Program-made: the position numbers and the translations under genes | Shown: positions 52,312 to 61,536 of the stretch, piece after piece | Layout: every line of letters starts with the position of its first letter | Numbering within the stretch: position 1 is the stretch's first letter | Assembly (NCBI GenBank): GCA_964202905.1 | Contig: CAXNJO010000004.1 | Span: 529,273 to 593,272 of the forward strand | From: Polyangiales bacterium | GTDB taxonomy: Bacteria > Myxococcota_A > Polyangia > Polyangiales > JADJQN01 | Length of the DNA stretch: 64,000 nt | Direction: 5' to 3' | Notes under the pieces: generated by a model | What the model saw: only the letters and a program-made list of their open reading frames with translations | Databases searched by the model: none | What the model was told of the DNA's origin: nothing

Positions 52312-54339
52312 ATGTCGCGACACCCCCGTGCCCTGCTCATGCTCTGTGCGCTCCCGCTGCTGCCGCTCGTCGGCTGCGGAGACGACGACGACACCCCGCC
52401 GCCTGCCGATGCCGGAGCGGCCGACGCAGGGCCCGTGGATGCGGGGCCGCCGCCCTACCGCGACGAGTGCGAGAACCTGAACCCGCTCGGCTGCATGCTG
52501 CCCTGGCCCTCGAGCCGTTACCTCGTCGATGACGCGACGACGGCGACCGGCCGGCGCGTCGCCATCCCCGCAGCAGCGATGCCGGCGAACGCCGCCGACA
52601 CGCCGGTGCCCGTCGACCCGGCGGACCTGAACCGCTCGGACGGCTTCACCGGGCAGACGTCGTTCATGACGCTCTACGCCGGCCGCATCGACGACTCGCG
52701 CCTCGCGGACTGGCTGCACGTGGAGCGCAGCGTGGCGGCGGATTCCGAGACGATCCTGCTCGACGCGACGACGATGGAGCGCCTGCCGCACTGGGCGGAG
52801 TTGGACATGCACGTCGGCATCTCCGCAGAGCTCCGGCCCTTCTACATCCGGCCCGCGCGCCGCATGCCGGAGAACCACCACATCATCGTCGCGACGCGCA
52901 ATCTGCGCCTCGAGAGCGGCGCTCCCGTCGAGCCGCACGAGGGCTTCAAGGCGCTGCGCGACAACACGCCGACCACCGTGCCCGGGATCGAGGCGCGGCG
53001 CGCCGACTTCGAGGCCAACGTCTTCGCGCCGCTGACCGCGGCAGGCATCGATCGCGCCTCGCTCGTCGAGGCCTGGGACGTCTGGACGGGCACCGACGAG
53101 TCCGCATGGAGCGATGCGGTGACGATGCGCGACGACGCGCTCATGCGTGTCGGGCCGGGCGGCCTCGGTTGCGCGATCACGGACATGCAGGACGAGGTCA
53201 ACGACGAGATCTTCCGCAAGGTCGAGGGCACCGTGACGGTGCCGCTCTACCAGATGGAGGACGTGTCGGGCTCTCCCCTGCGCCGCGACTCGTCGGGCGC
53301 GCCGCTCGCGATGGGGACGTTCGAGTACCCGTTCACCGTGCTGATCCCGCGCTCCGTGAAGGCGCGCGTCGAGGCGGGCGGCGGACCGGTGCGCGTGATG
53401 CAGTACGGCCATGGGCTCTTCGGCGGTCGCGGCGAGGCCGAGGGCGGCTACGTGCGCACCTTCGCGAACGACTACCCGACGGTCGTCGTCGCCGGCGACT
53501 GGAGCGGCATGGCGGGCCCGGACGACGTCGAGTTCGCGACGCGCGCCCTCGCCGACCTCTCGCTCTTCCCGAGGTTCGTCGACCGTCAGGTGCAGGGCTT
53601 CATCAGCCTGCTCGTGATGGTGCGGACGCTGAAGGGCGTCTGCGCCGACAACGCGGCGTTCCAGATCGGCGGACAACCCACGTTCGATCCGACGCAGGTC
53701 TACTACCACGGCAACTCGCAGGGCGGGATCTTCGGCGCCTCGCTCGCCGGGCTCTCGACCGACATCACGCACTTCGCGCTCGGCGTCGGCGCCGTGTCGT
53801 ACGCGCTGTTCATGCCCCGCTCGACGGACTGGAAGGCCTACGAGCTCATCCTCAAGCAGTGGTATCCGAGCCGGATCGATCGCGCGCTCCTGCTCGCACA
53901 GCTCGCGCAGACGTGGGAGCGCTCGGACCCGTCCGTGTTCTCCGCGCACACGCTCGCGGACGTGCTGCCCGGCTCGCCGACGAACAAGCGCATCCTCTAC
54001 CAGACGGGCCGCTGGGACGCGCAGGTCGCGAACGCCGGTGCGGACCTCGCGGCGCGCAATTACGCCATCCCCGTGCACAGCCCGTCCATCTACCCGGTGT
54101 TCGGGCTCGACACGTTCACCGACACGGCCGAGAGCGGCTACGTCGTCTACGAGACGGGCGCCTCGCCGGTCCCCGACGACTTCCGCTACGCCGCGGAAGA
54201 GCCGGAAGATTCGACCACCGGAAGCACCGTGCACGAGACGGTGCGCCGCGATCCGCGCGCGCAGATGCAGCTGGACGCGTTCATGCGGCCGGACGGCGTC
54301 GTGCAGAACTTCTGCGACGGCGCCTGCGACAGCATGTGA
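52312..54339 (+). CDS. Lipoprotein with an alpha/beta-hydrolase (lipase-like) domain
   Basis: LVGC lipobox, CMLPWPS...LNRSDGF N-terminal domain, YGHGLFG oxyanion motif, nucleophile elbow GNSQGG, D-AQV and a C-terminal His. Confidence 0.75.
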   Translation: MSRHPRALLMLCALPLLPLVGCGDDDDTPPPADAGAADAGPVDAGPPPYRDECENLNPLGCMLPWPSSRYLVDDATTATGRRVAIPAAAMPANAADTPVPVDPADLNRSDGFTGQTSFMTLYAGRIDDSRLADWLHVERSVAADSETILLDATTMERLPHWAELDMHVGISAELRPFYIRPARRMPENHHIIVATRNLRLESGAPVEPHEGFKALRDNTPTTVPGIEARRADFEANVFAPLTAAGIDRASLVEAWDVWTGTDESAWSDAVTMRDDALMRVGPGGLGCAITDMQDEVNDEIFRKVEGTVTVPLYQMEDVSGSPLRRDSSGAPLAMGTFEYPFTVLIPRSVKARVEAGGGPVRVMQYGHGLFGGRGEAEGGYVRTFANDYPTVVVAGDWSGMAGPDDVEFATRALADLSLFPRFVDRQVQGFISLLVMVRTLKGVCADNAAFQIGGQPTFDPTQVYYHGNSQGGIFGASLAGLSTDITHFALGVGAVSYALFMPRSTDWKAYELILKQWYPSRIDRALLLAQLAQTWERSDPSVFSAHTLADVLPGSPTNKRILYQTGRWDAQVANAGADLAARNYAIPVHSPSIYPVFGLDTFTDTAESGYVVYETGASPVPDDFRYAAEEPEDSTTGSTVHETVRRDPRAQMQLDAFMRPDGVVQNFCDGACDSM

Positions 54340-54360
54340 TCGCCCGCTGACACCCTTGCG

Positions 54361-54398
54361 AACGAAGAAAGGCGCCCGATCGGGGCGCCTTTCTCGTT
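54361..54398. terminator. Bidirectional intrinsic terminator between convergent genes
   Basis: Hairpin AGAAAGGCGCCC-GATCG-GGGCGCCTTTCT. Confidence 0.7.
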
Positions 54399-54420
54399 GT
54401 GCGGAGCGGCCCCGACTGCG

Positions 54421-55509
54421 TCAGGCCGGCCGCCGCGCGACGACGACCTTCGACAGGAAAGCGCGCTCCACCGCGCACACCTCGAAGCCGGTCTCGCGCA
54501 GCGCCTCCGCGAGGTCGTCACGCAGGTAGTCCGCGTAAAACGGCTCGTGGAAGTCGACTGGGAAGCTCGCGAGCAGCGGCGCGAGCTCCGGGCTCTCCGC
54601 GTTCTGGGCGGAGTCCTCGATCGCGACGAGGCCCCCGGGCCGCACCACCCGGAACATCTCGCGCAGGACCTGTCGGCGCACGGCGCGCGGCAGCTCGTGG
54701 AAGAGGTAGACGCTCGTCAGCACGTCGAAGAGCCCGTCGCGCCAGGGCATCTTCTCGGCGCCGTCCGCGACGAGCGTCACCTCGGCGACCGGGGCCAGCA
54801 GCGCACGCGCCGCCTCGACGTAGGCGGGGCTCAGATCGAGCCCGGAAAGGCGCGCGCCGGGTAGCGCTGCCGCGAGCTGCTTCAGGAACCGCCCCGTTCC
54901 GCAGGCGACGTCGAGCACACGCAGCCCACCCGCGCCGTGCCCGCCCTCCGCGCGCGCGAAGCGCACGACGTGCGGGATGAGCTGGCGCCGCATGATGTCG
55001 GCGGTGCCCATGAACAGCAGCTCGACGCCGACGTCGTAGAGGCGCGCGGAGCGTGCGCTGAGGTAGCCGTCCGTCTGCCAGTGGAACGTGCGCCGGAAGT
55101 AGGCTGGAAAACGCTCGCGATCCACGCCTTCGGGCAGCTCGCGCCAGCCGCCCCGACGCGCCCGCGCCGCGCTCCGCGGCACGTCGCGCGCAAGCTCGGG
55201 GAGCCGACGCACGTAGTCGGCGACGGGGATCTGAAAGAGCAGCGAGCGCGGGTACGCGCCCGCATCGACGTGCGCGAGGTCCTGGGCGAGCAGCGCCTCG
55301 TACCGGGCGCGCAGCACCGCGAGCGCCTCTGGATCCGGCACCGGCGGTGTCTCCCCGCGCGCCGACCGGATCAGGCGCTGCGCAGCGAGACAATGGAGCA
55401 GGAGCGAGGTTTGCTGGACGCGGTACGCCGCGCGATCGACGCGTGAAAGCGGACGGGCGTGGGGCGCAGCGGCGGGACTTGTCGCAATCGGCACGGAGAA
55501 GGCGGCCAC
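54421..55509 (-). CDS. Class I SAM-dependent methyltransferase
   Basis: Motifs FHWQTDGYLS, VLDVACGTG, GLDLS, YLFHELP and RVVRPGG. Confidence 0.88.
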   Translation of the reverse strand: MAAFSVPIATSPAAAPHARPLSRVDRAAYRVQQTSLLLHCLAAQRLIRSARGETPPVPDPEALAVLRARYEALLAQDLAHVDAGAYPRSLLFQIPVADYVRRLPELARDVPRSAARARRGGWRELPEGVDRERFPAYFRRTFHWQTDGYLSARSARLYDVGVELLFMGTADIMRRQLIPHVVRFARAEGGHGAGGLRVLDVACGTGRFLKQLAAALPGARLSGLDLSPAYVEAARALLAPVAEVTLVADGAEKMPWRDGLFDVLTSVYLFHELPRAVRRQVLREMFRVVRPGGLVAIEDSAQNAESPELAPLLASFPVDFHEPFYADYLRDDLAEALRETGFEVCAVERAFLSKVVVARRPA

Positions 55510-55579
55510 GGGTTCACCTCCGAAGCGGGGAGCCGGACCGGGGGCGTGGACCCGGCGGGCGTCCCCCGCGCATCACATC

Positions 55580-57058
55580 TCAGAGCTCTGCGCCGACAGC
55601 GGCGGTGGCCGCCGAACCGTCCCGCACAGCGGCCTTCGATGTGGGGCCCGCGAGTCGCGCTGGGTAGAGCAGCACCACACCGAGGTTGAGCAGCGAGAGC
55701 GCCGCCGTGCCCCAGAAGATCGGGGCGAGGCCCTCGGCGAGCGCCGCCGGCATCTGCGCGCCCCCCGCGACGGCCCCGCGACGCGTCGGATCGAGCAGGC
55801 CGCGCACCGCGTCCGCCGGCAGCAGCGCGCCGAGCCGCGCGGCGAGCAGGCTGCCGAACGCGCCGACGCCGAGCGCGCCGCCGATCGAGCGGGAGAACAT
55901 CGTCGTCGCGGTCGCGACGCCGCGCTGCTCCCACCCGACGCTCGCCTGCACCGCGATGAGCAGCGTCGTGTTCACGAAGCCCATGCCCAGCCCGTAGACG
56001 AACATCACGACTTGCAGCGATCCCACGTGCGCGTCGGGCGCGAGCAGCACCGCGAAGGCGGTCAGGGCGATGGCGCAGAGCCCGGATCCGAGCCAGACGG
56101 GCGCGCGGAAACCGACGCGCACCAGCGCGCGGCTCGTCAGCGTCGCCGCGATGGGCCAGCCGACGAGCATCGGCGCGGCGGTCGCCCCCGCCTCGGCCGG
56201 GCTGCCACCGAGCACGCCCTGCACGTACAGCGGCACGAACATCAGCACGCCCATCATCGTCGCCCCGAGCAGCAGCGACGAGAGCGCGGCGACGGCGATC
56301 GGGCGGCGCACGACGAGCGCGAGCGGCAGCACCGGATCGGGCGCGGTGCGCCCGCGCCACGCGACGCCCGCGAGCAACGCGAGGGCGAGCGGTGCGCTCA
56401 GGGCGGGATGCTCGCCGGCCGCGCCGAGCAGCAGCGCGAGCGAGGCGAGCGTGAGCAGCGCAGCACCCGGCCAATCGAGCGGCAGCGTGCGCGCGGGGCG
56501 CTGGGCCTCGCGGAAGGAGAGCGCGAGCAGACCTGCGGACGCGAGTCCGAAGGGCACGTTCACCCAGAACACCCAGCGCCACGACAACGCCTGCACGATC
56601 GCGCCGCCGAGGAGCGGCCCTGCGACGCCCGCGATCCCCCACACCGCGCCGAAGAGCCCCTGCACGCGACCGCGCTCCTCGACGGTGAAGAGGTCCCCGA
56701 CCACCGTCACGGCGATGGGTTGCATCGCGCCGGCGCCGAGGCCCTGCACCGCGCGTGCGGCGATGAGCGGGACGATCGCGCCCGCGGCGCCGCTCGCGAG
56801 CGAGCCCAGCAGGAAGAGCGCAATCCCGAACAACATCAAAGGTTTGCGGCCGTACAAATCGGCCAGCTTCCCGTACACGGGCACCGAGACCGTGGACGCG
56901 AGGAGGTAGGCCGAGCCGACCCAGCCGTAGAGCGCGATGCCGCCGAGGTCCGCGATGACGGTGGGCATCGCCGTGCCGACGACGGTCGCCTCCATCGCGG
57001 CCATGAACATCGAGAGCAGCAGGGCGGTGACGGTGAGCCGCCTGCGGGTGGGAGACAT
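55580..57058 (-). CDS. MFS multidrug transporter (DHA2, EmrB/QacA-like)
   Basis: Motifs EATVVGTAMP, GKLADLYGRK, ARAVQGLGAG, GPLLGG and WRWVFWVNVP; about 14 TM segments. Confidence 0.92.
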   Translation of the reverse strand: MSPTRRRLTVTALLLSMFMAAMEATVVGTAMPTVIADLGGIALYGWVGSAYLLASTVSVPVYGKLADLYGRKPLMLFGIALFLLGSLASGAAGAIVPLIAARAVQGLGAGAMQPIAVTVVGDLFTVEERGRVQGLFGAVWGIAGVAGPLLGGAIVQALSWRWVFWVNVPFGLASAGLLALSFREAQRPARTLPLDWPGAALLTLASLALLLGAAGEHPALSAPLALALLAGVAWRGRTAPDPVLPLALVVRRPIAVAALSSLLLGATMMGVLMFVPLYVQGVLGGSPAEAGATAAPMLVGWPIAATLTSRALVRVGFRAPVWLGSGLCAIALTAFAVLLAPDAHVGSLQVVMFVYGLGMGFVNTTLLIAVQASVGWEQRGVATATTMFSRSIGGALGVGAFGSLLAARLGALLPADAVRGLLDPTRRGAVAGGAQMPAALAEGLAPIFWGTAALSLLNLGVVLLYPARLAGPTSKAAVRDGSAATAAVGAEL

Positions 57059-57136
57059 CGCGGCGCAGGTATGGACCCGTTCGTGGCTCGATACGAGTTG
57101 CAACGCGCGACGGCCCGGGGGCGAGGCGCGCCGCGC

Positions 57137-58231
57137 TCAGGCGTCCGCGACGAAGCCCTTCCAGTTGCGCATGTAGGCGACGAACTTGTCGGAGAGCGCA
57201 CGCTCGGCGAGCTCCGCCGGGCTGAGCGGCGGGCGGCGCGGCTCGATGTTTGCCTCGAGGAGCGCGGGCCAGTCGGGGTTCGCGATGCCCGCGCGCCCCA
57301 CGGCGACGGCGTCCGCCCCGAGCGCGAGCACCGCCTCCGCCTCCTCGCGCGTCCAGATCTTGCCGGCCGCGACGAGCGGGAGATCCGCCGGGATCACGGC
57401 GCGCAGCTGCGGGAGCACGTGGACCTCGGGCCGCTTCGCGGAGTTGCGCGTCACGTCCCACAGGGACGCGTGGAGGAAGTCGATGCCGTCGTCCGCGAGC
57501 CAGCGCGCCACCGTGAGCGACTCGTCGAGGTCGAGGCCGCGCGCGTTGCCGAAGTCCTCCGGCGAGAGGCGCACGCCCACCACGAACGACGCGGGCACGA
57601 CGTCGCGCACCGCGCGCACGCACGCCCGCAGCAGCCGCGCGCGCCCCTCGATCGGGCCGCCCCACGCGTCGTCCCGCGTGTTCATCGTGCGGCTCAGGAA
57701 CTGCGAGAGCAGATAACCGTGCGCGCCATGGAGCTCGACGCCCGCGAAGCCCGCCGCGTGCGCGCGGAAGGCCGCGTCGCGGAAGCGCTCGATCACGGCC
57801 TCGATCTCGGCCCCCGTCGCGGCGCGCGGCACCTCGAAGTTCGGCGTCGACTCCTCCCACGACGACGCGCTCCACGGCTGCGAGCCCGACACCGCCGAGG
57901 GCGAGCGCACGCCGCCGTGGAAGAGCTGCACGATCCCGAGCGCGCCGTGCGCCTCGAGCGCCCCCGCGAGGCGCGTCAGGCCTGGAAGGTGCGCGTCGAC
58001 GGCGATGCCGAGCTCGCCCGCCCAGCCCTTGCCATCCTGCGCGACGAAGGCCGCGCACGTCTCGACGACGCCGAAGCCGCCCGCGGCGCGCGCCTCGAGC
58101 CAGCGCAGCTCGTCGTCGGACAGCGTGCCGTCCGCGTGCGACTGCAGGTTGGTGAGCGGGGCGAGCCAGGCGCGGTTGCGCGCGCGCACGCCGTTGCGGA
58201 ACACGAGCGGGTCGAAGAGCGAGGTCGGCAT
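57137..58231 (-). CDS. NADH:flavin oxidoreductase (Old Yellow Enzyme family)
   Basis: Motifs LFDPL, RNRAWLAPLT, QLFHGG, AGFAGVELHGAHGYLLSQFLS and NTRDDAWGG. Confidence 0.92.
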   Translation of the reverse strand: MPTSLFDPLVFRNGVRARNRAWLAPLTNLQSHADGTLSDDELRWLEARAAGGFGVVETCAAFVAQDGKGWAGELGIAVDAHLPGLTRLAGALEAHGALGIVQLFHGGVRSPSAVSGSQPWSASSWEESTPNFEVPRAATGAEIEAVIERFRDAAFRAHAAGFAGVELHGAHGYLLSQFLSRTMNTRDDAWGGPIEGRARLLRACVRAVRDVVPASFVVGVRLSPEDFGNARGLDLDESLTVARWLADDGIDFLHASLWDVTRNSAKRPEVHVLPQLRAVIPADLPLVAAGKIWTREEAEAVLALGADAVAVGRAGIANPDWPALLEANIEPRRPPLSPAELAERALSDKFVAYMRNWKGFVADA

Positions 58232-58289
58232 CCGCGGGGTGTAGGACGGCACCGACGCCGCGCAAGAGGCGCCGCCCGACGCGCGCCCC

Positions 58290-58330
58290 AAAAACGCACG
58301 AAACCCCTTTGAATCAGGGCATGTCGTGCG
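58290..58330 (-). terminator. Putative intrinsic terminator of the SDR/enoyl reductase operon
   Basis: Stem CGCACGA...TCGTGCG with inner CCC/GGG pairing, followed by TTTTT on the minus strand. Confidence 0.45.
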
Positions 58331-58348
58331 ATCGCGGAGGAGCAGCGA

Positions 58349-59632
58349 TCACGTCTCCTCCACGCGGAAGACCATCCCGGCCGCGCGCAGACGCTCGAGC
58401 AGCAGCGGTCCCATCGTGGACGCCGGCGTGCGGATGCCGCCCGGCGCATCCAGCTGCGCGCCGTCGAGCGCGAGGCAAAGCGCCGACTCGCCGAGCATGC
58501 GCGCCGTCGAGGCGTAGCCCGGATCGCCCTTCCCCTCGACGCGCCCGCGCAGCACGACCTTCGCGCCGTCACCCGCGCGGCCCTCGCCCACGAGCCGCAC
58601 CACGAAGAAGCCCTTCTCGCGGGCCTCCGCGCTCGGCCCCTCGCCGGGCGCGGGGAGCACGTGCTTCGCAAGGAGGCTGCGCAGCGGCGCGATCTGCAGC
58701 GCACCGAGCGCGGCGCCGAGCCCTGCGGTCATGGCCGCCGCGCGGAAGAGACCCGCGGGGCCCTTCCCCGTGCTCATCGCCTCCGTGTAGTGGAAGCCCT
58801 CGCCGTACGCGTAGCCGAGCAGCGCGTTGGTGCGCCGCACGATGCGCGTGTTGATCGCGGCCATCACGAAGGGCCCCGTCCACATGCCGAGCGCGGCGTC
58901 GTGGCGGACCCCACGCTGGTCCGAGCCATCCGGCCCGCGCGTCGCCGCGTCGGGCACGAGCGCATACGGGTCGCCCACGATCCGTCGCACCGCGCGGTCG
59001 CGCTTGGCCTCCTCGAGCAGCGTCAGCATGCTCGCGATGGTGCCGCCGCTCACGCCGCCGCGGCTCTCCCCTGCGAAGAAGTGCACCGCGTCGAGGGGCG
59101 CACCGTGCCGCGCGCGCATCGCCTCCTGCAGCATGAAGGTGCCGAGATCCGAGGGGATCGAGTCGAACCCACAGCAGTGCACGATCCGCGCGCCCGTGCG
59201 TTCGGCCTCCTCCTGGTGCGCGTCGATCATCCGGCGGATGAACTGCACCTCGCCCGTGAGGTCGCAGTAGTCGGTGCCGTGCGCGACGCAGGCCCCGACG
59301 AGCTGCGCGCCGTAGCGCGCGTAGGGACCGACGGTGGTGCACACCACGCTCGCCTGCGCTGCGAGCGCATCGAGCGAGGCGCGATCGGCGCTGTCGGCGC
59401 GGAGCAGCGGGAGGGACGCTGCGCGCGGATCGATCGCCGCGAGCCCCGCGCGCACGCCCTCGAGCTTGCCGAGATCGCGCCCGGCGAGCGCGAGCCGCAG
59501 CGCGCCCTCGTCGAGGTGCCGCACGAGGTACTCGGCGACGAGCTTGCCGGTGAAGCCCGTCGCGCCGAAAAGCACGATGTCGTAGGCGCGCGAGCGGTCG
59601 CGCACGCGCGGGTTCGTCGCCGGGCCGCTCAC
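58349..59632 (-). CDS. Saccharopine dehydrogenase-like oxidoreductase (trans-acting enoyl reductase family)
   Basis: Motifs YDIVLFGATGFTG, AGR, TTVGPY, YCDLTGE, CGFDSIPSD, SGGT and DPGY; GTG start overlaps the SDR stop. Confidence 0.9.
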   Translation of the reverse strand: MSGPATNPRVRDRSRAYDIVLFGATGFTGKLVAEYLVRHLDEGALRLALAGRDLGKLEGVRAGLAAIDPRAASLPLLRADSADRASLDALAAQASVVCTTVGPYARYGAQLVGACVAHGTDYCDLTGEVQFIRRMIDAHQEEAERTGARIVHCCGFDSIPSDLGTFMLQEAMRARHGAPLDAVHFFAGESRGGVSGGTIASMLTLLEEAKRDRAVRRIVGDPYALVPDAATRGPDGSDQRGVRHDAALGMWTGPFVMAAINTRIVRRTNALLGYAYGEGFHYTEAMSTGKGPAGLFRAAAMTAGLGAALGALQIAPLRSLLAKHVLPAPGEGPSAEAREKGFFVVRLVGEGRAGDGAKVVLRGRVEGKGDPGYASTARMLGESALCLALDGAQLDAPGGIRTPASTMGPLLLERLRAAGMVFRVEET

Positions 59633-60474
59633 GACGTCCACTCCTCGCTGCGGGTCCAGAGCGTGCGCGCGAGCGCCTCGTCCTTGCCGAGCGGGTTCAT
59701 GCGCGCCTCGCGCGACTCCTTGTAATAACGGCCGCTCACCGTCGCGAGCGCGGGATCCGTCGCGCAGTGGAGGCTCGTGAGCGCGCCTTCTTCGTTGCTG
59801 ATCATGAACATCTTCATGAGATTGACGAAGGGCCACGGGACGCGCCGCCACACATCCGAGGCGACGACGCCGGGGTGCAGCGAGTACGCGGTCACCGCGC
59901 TCTGCCCCGCCTCGCGCCGCGCGAGCTCGGCCGCGTGCAGCACGTTCGCGAGCTTCGAGATGCCGTATTCCTCGAGGCCCGTCGTCGTCCACGTCGGCTG
60001 CCGCAGGCGCTCGAAGGGGATGCCCGAGGCGCGCAGGTGCGCGCGGCTCGCGACGTTGACGATGCGGCCCTGCGACGCGCGGCGCAGCGCGGGCAGGAGG
60101 ATCTGCGTGTAGAGGAAGGGGCCGAGGTGATTCGTGCCGAAGGCGAGCTCGAAGCCGTCCTTCGTCTGCCCGCGCGTGCCCGCGAGCCCCGCGTTGTTGA
60201 GGAGCACGTCGATGCGCGGGTGCTCCGCGACGAGCGACTCCGCGCTGCGGCGCACATCCGCGAGGTCGCCGAGGTCGAGCCGCGAAAAGGTGATCGCCGC
60301 GTTGCCGCTCGCCGCCTTGAGCGCGTCGACGACGGGCAGCGTCTTCTCGGCCGAGCGCCCCGCGAGCACGAGCGTCGCACCGCGCACGGCGAGCGCGGCC
60401 GCCGTCGCGCGGCCGATGCCGGTGTTCGCGCCGGTGACGACGATGGTCTTTCCTTCAAGGTCGCGCGTGGTCAT
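59629..60474 (-). CDS. SDR family oxidoreductase (retinol dehydrogenase-like)
   Basis: TGANTGIG, NNAG, NHLG, YGISK (YxxxK) and HPGVV motifs. Confidence 0.92.
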   Translation of the reverse strand: MTTRDLEGKTIVVTGANTGIGRATAAALAVRGATLVLAGRSAEKTLPVVDALKAASGNAAITFSRLDLGDLADVRRSAESLVAEHPRIDVLLNNAGLAGTRGQTKDGFELAFGTNHLGPFLYTQILLPALRRASQGRIVNVASRAHLRASGIPFERLRQPTWTTTGLEEYGISKLANVLHAAELARREAGQSAVTAYSLHPGVVASDVWRRVPWPFVNLMKMFMISNEEGALTSLHCATDPALATVSGRYYKESREARMNPLGKDEALARTLWTRSEEWTS

Positions 60475-60574
60475 GGGCGGACGAAATAGGCTCCCACGCG
60501 GGCGGGATCAAGCGCTCACCGCGCTTTCGTCGCCGTGCTTTCGTCGGGGCGCCCCCGCGGCTACCTTCGCGGGC

Positions 60575-61495
60575 GTGACGACACCGCGCCTCCTGACGAT
60601 CGACTGCGAATACGTGGCGCCCGGCCTCGCGGCCGCCTACCTGCGCGTGCAGGGCGACGAGGCCGCCTTCATCGAGACGAACACCACGCACGCCGTGCCG
60701 CGCCTGCTCGCCGCGCTCGCGCAGGCCGGGCTCTCGCCCGCGCAGGTGCGCTACGTCGTCGTGACGCACGTGCACCTCGATCACGCGGGCGGCGCCTCCG
60801 CGCTCATGGCCGCGTGCCCGAACGCGACGCTCCTCGCGCACCCGCGCGCCGCGCGGCACCTCATCGATCCGAGCAAGCTCGTCGCGAGCGCCCGCGGCGT
60901 CTACGGCGACGCCCGCTTCGACGCGCTCTACGGCGCGATCACGCCCATCGACGCGGCGCGCGTGCAGTCGCTCGACGACGGCGCGACCGTCGCGCTCGGC
61001 GACGCGACGCTGCGCTTCTGGCACGCGCGCGGCCACGCGAACCACCACTTCGTCGTGCACGACGAGGCGCGCGACACCGTGTTCACGGGCGACGCCTTCG
61101 GGCTCGCCTACCCACGCCTGCAGCGCGCGGGGCGCTTCGCCTATCCGTCCACGAGCCCGACGGACTTCGACGCCGAGGCCGCGCTCGCGAGCGTCGATCG
61201 CGTGCTCGCGCTCGGCACGCGCAGCGCGTGTCTCACCCACTTCGGCGAAGTCGACGACCTCGCCGTCGTCGCAACCCAGTTGCGGGAGTGGCTGAACCTC
61301 TCGGACGCGCTCGTGAAGGAGCACGCGGGCCGCACCGACGCCGAAGCGCACCTCCGCGCGCGCCTCGAGGCCGAGTTCCAGCGCCGCGCCGATGCGATCG
61401 GCCTCACGCTCGACGCCGAGGACCGCGCGCTCATCGAGTTCGATCTCGCGCTCAACGCGCAGGGCCTCGCGGTCGCGGCGGCGAAGATCGTGTGA
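60575..61495 (+). CDS. MBL-fold metallo-hydrolase
   Basis: THVHLDHAGG, GHANHH, FTGDAFG and LTHFG motifs. Confidence 0.9.
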   Translation: MTTPRLLTIDCEYVAPGLAAAYLRVQGDEAAFIETNTTHAVPRLLAALAQAGLSPAQVRYVVVTHVHLDHAGGASALMAACPNATLLAHPRAARHLIDPSKLVASARGVYGDARFDALYGAITPIDAARVQSLDDGATVALGDATLRFWHARGHANHHFVVHDEARDTVFTGDAFGLAYPRLQRAGRFAYPSTSPTDFDAEAALASVDRVLALGTRSACLTHFGEVDDLAVVATQLREWLNLSDALVKEHAGRTDAEAHLRARLEAEFQRRADAIGLTLDAEDRALIEFDLALNAQGLAVAAAKIV

Positions 61496-61536
61496 GCACC
61501 CGCGCCCACGGCACGCGCGGCGGCTGAACCGACGAT

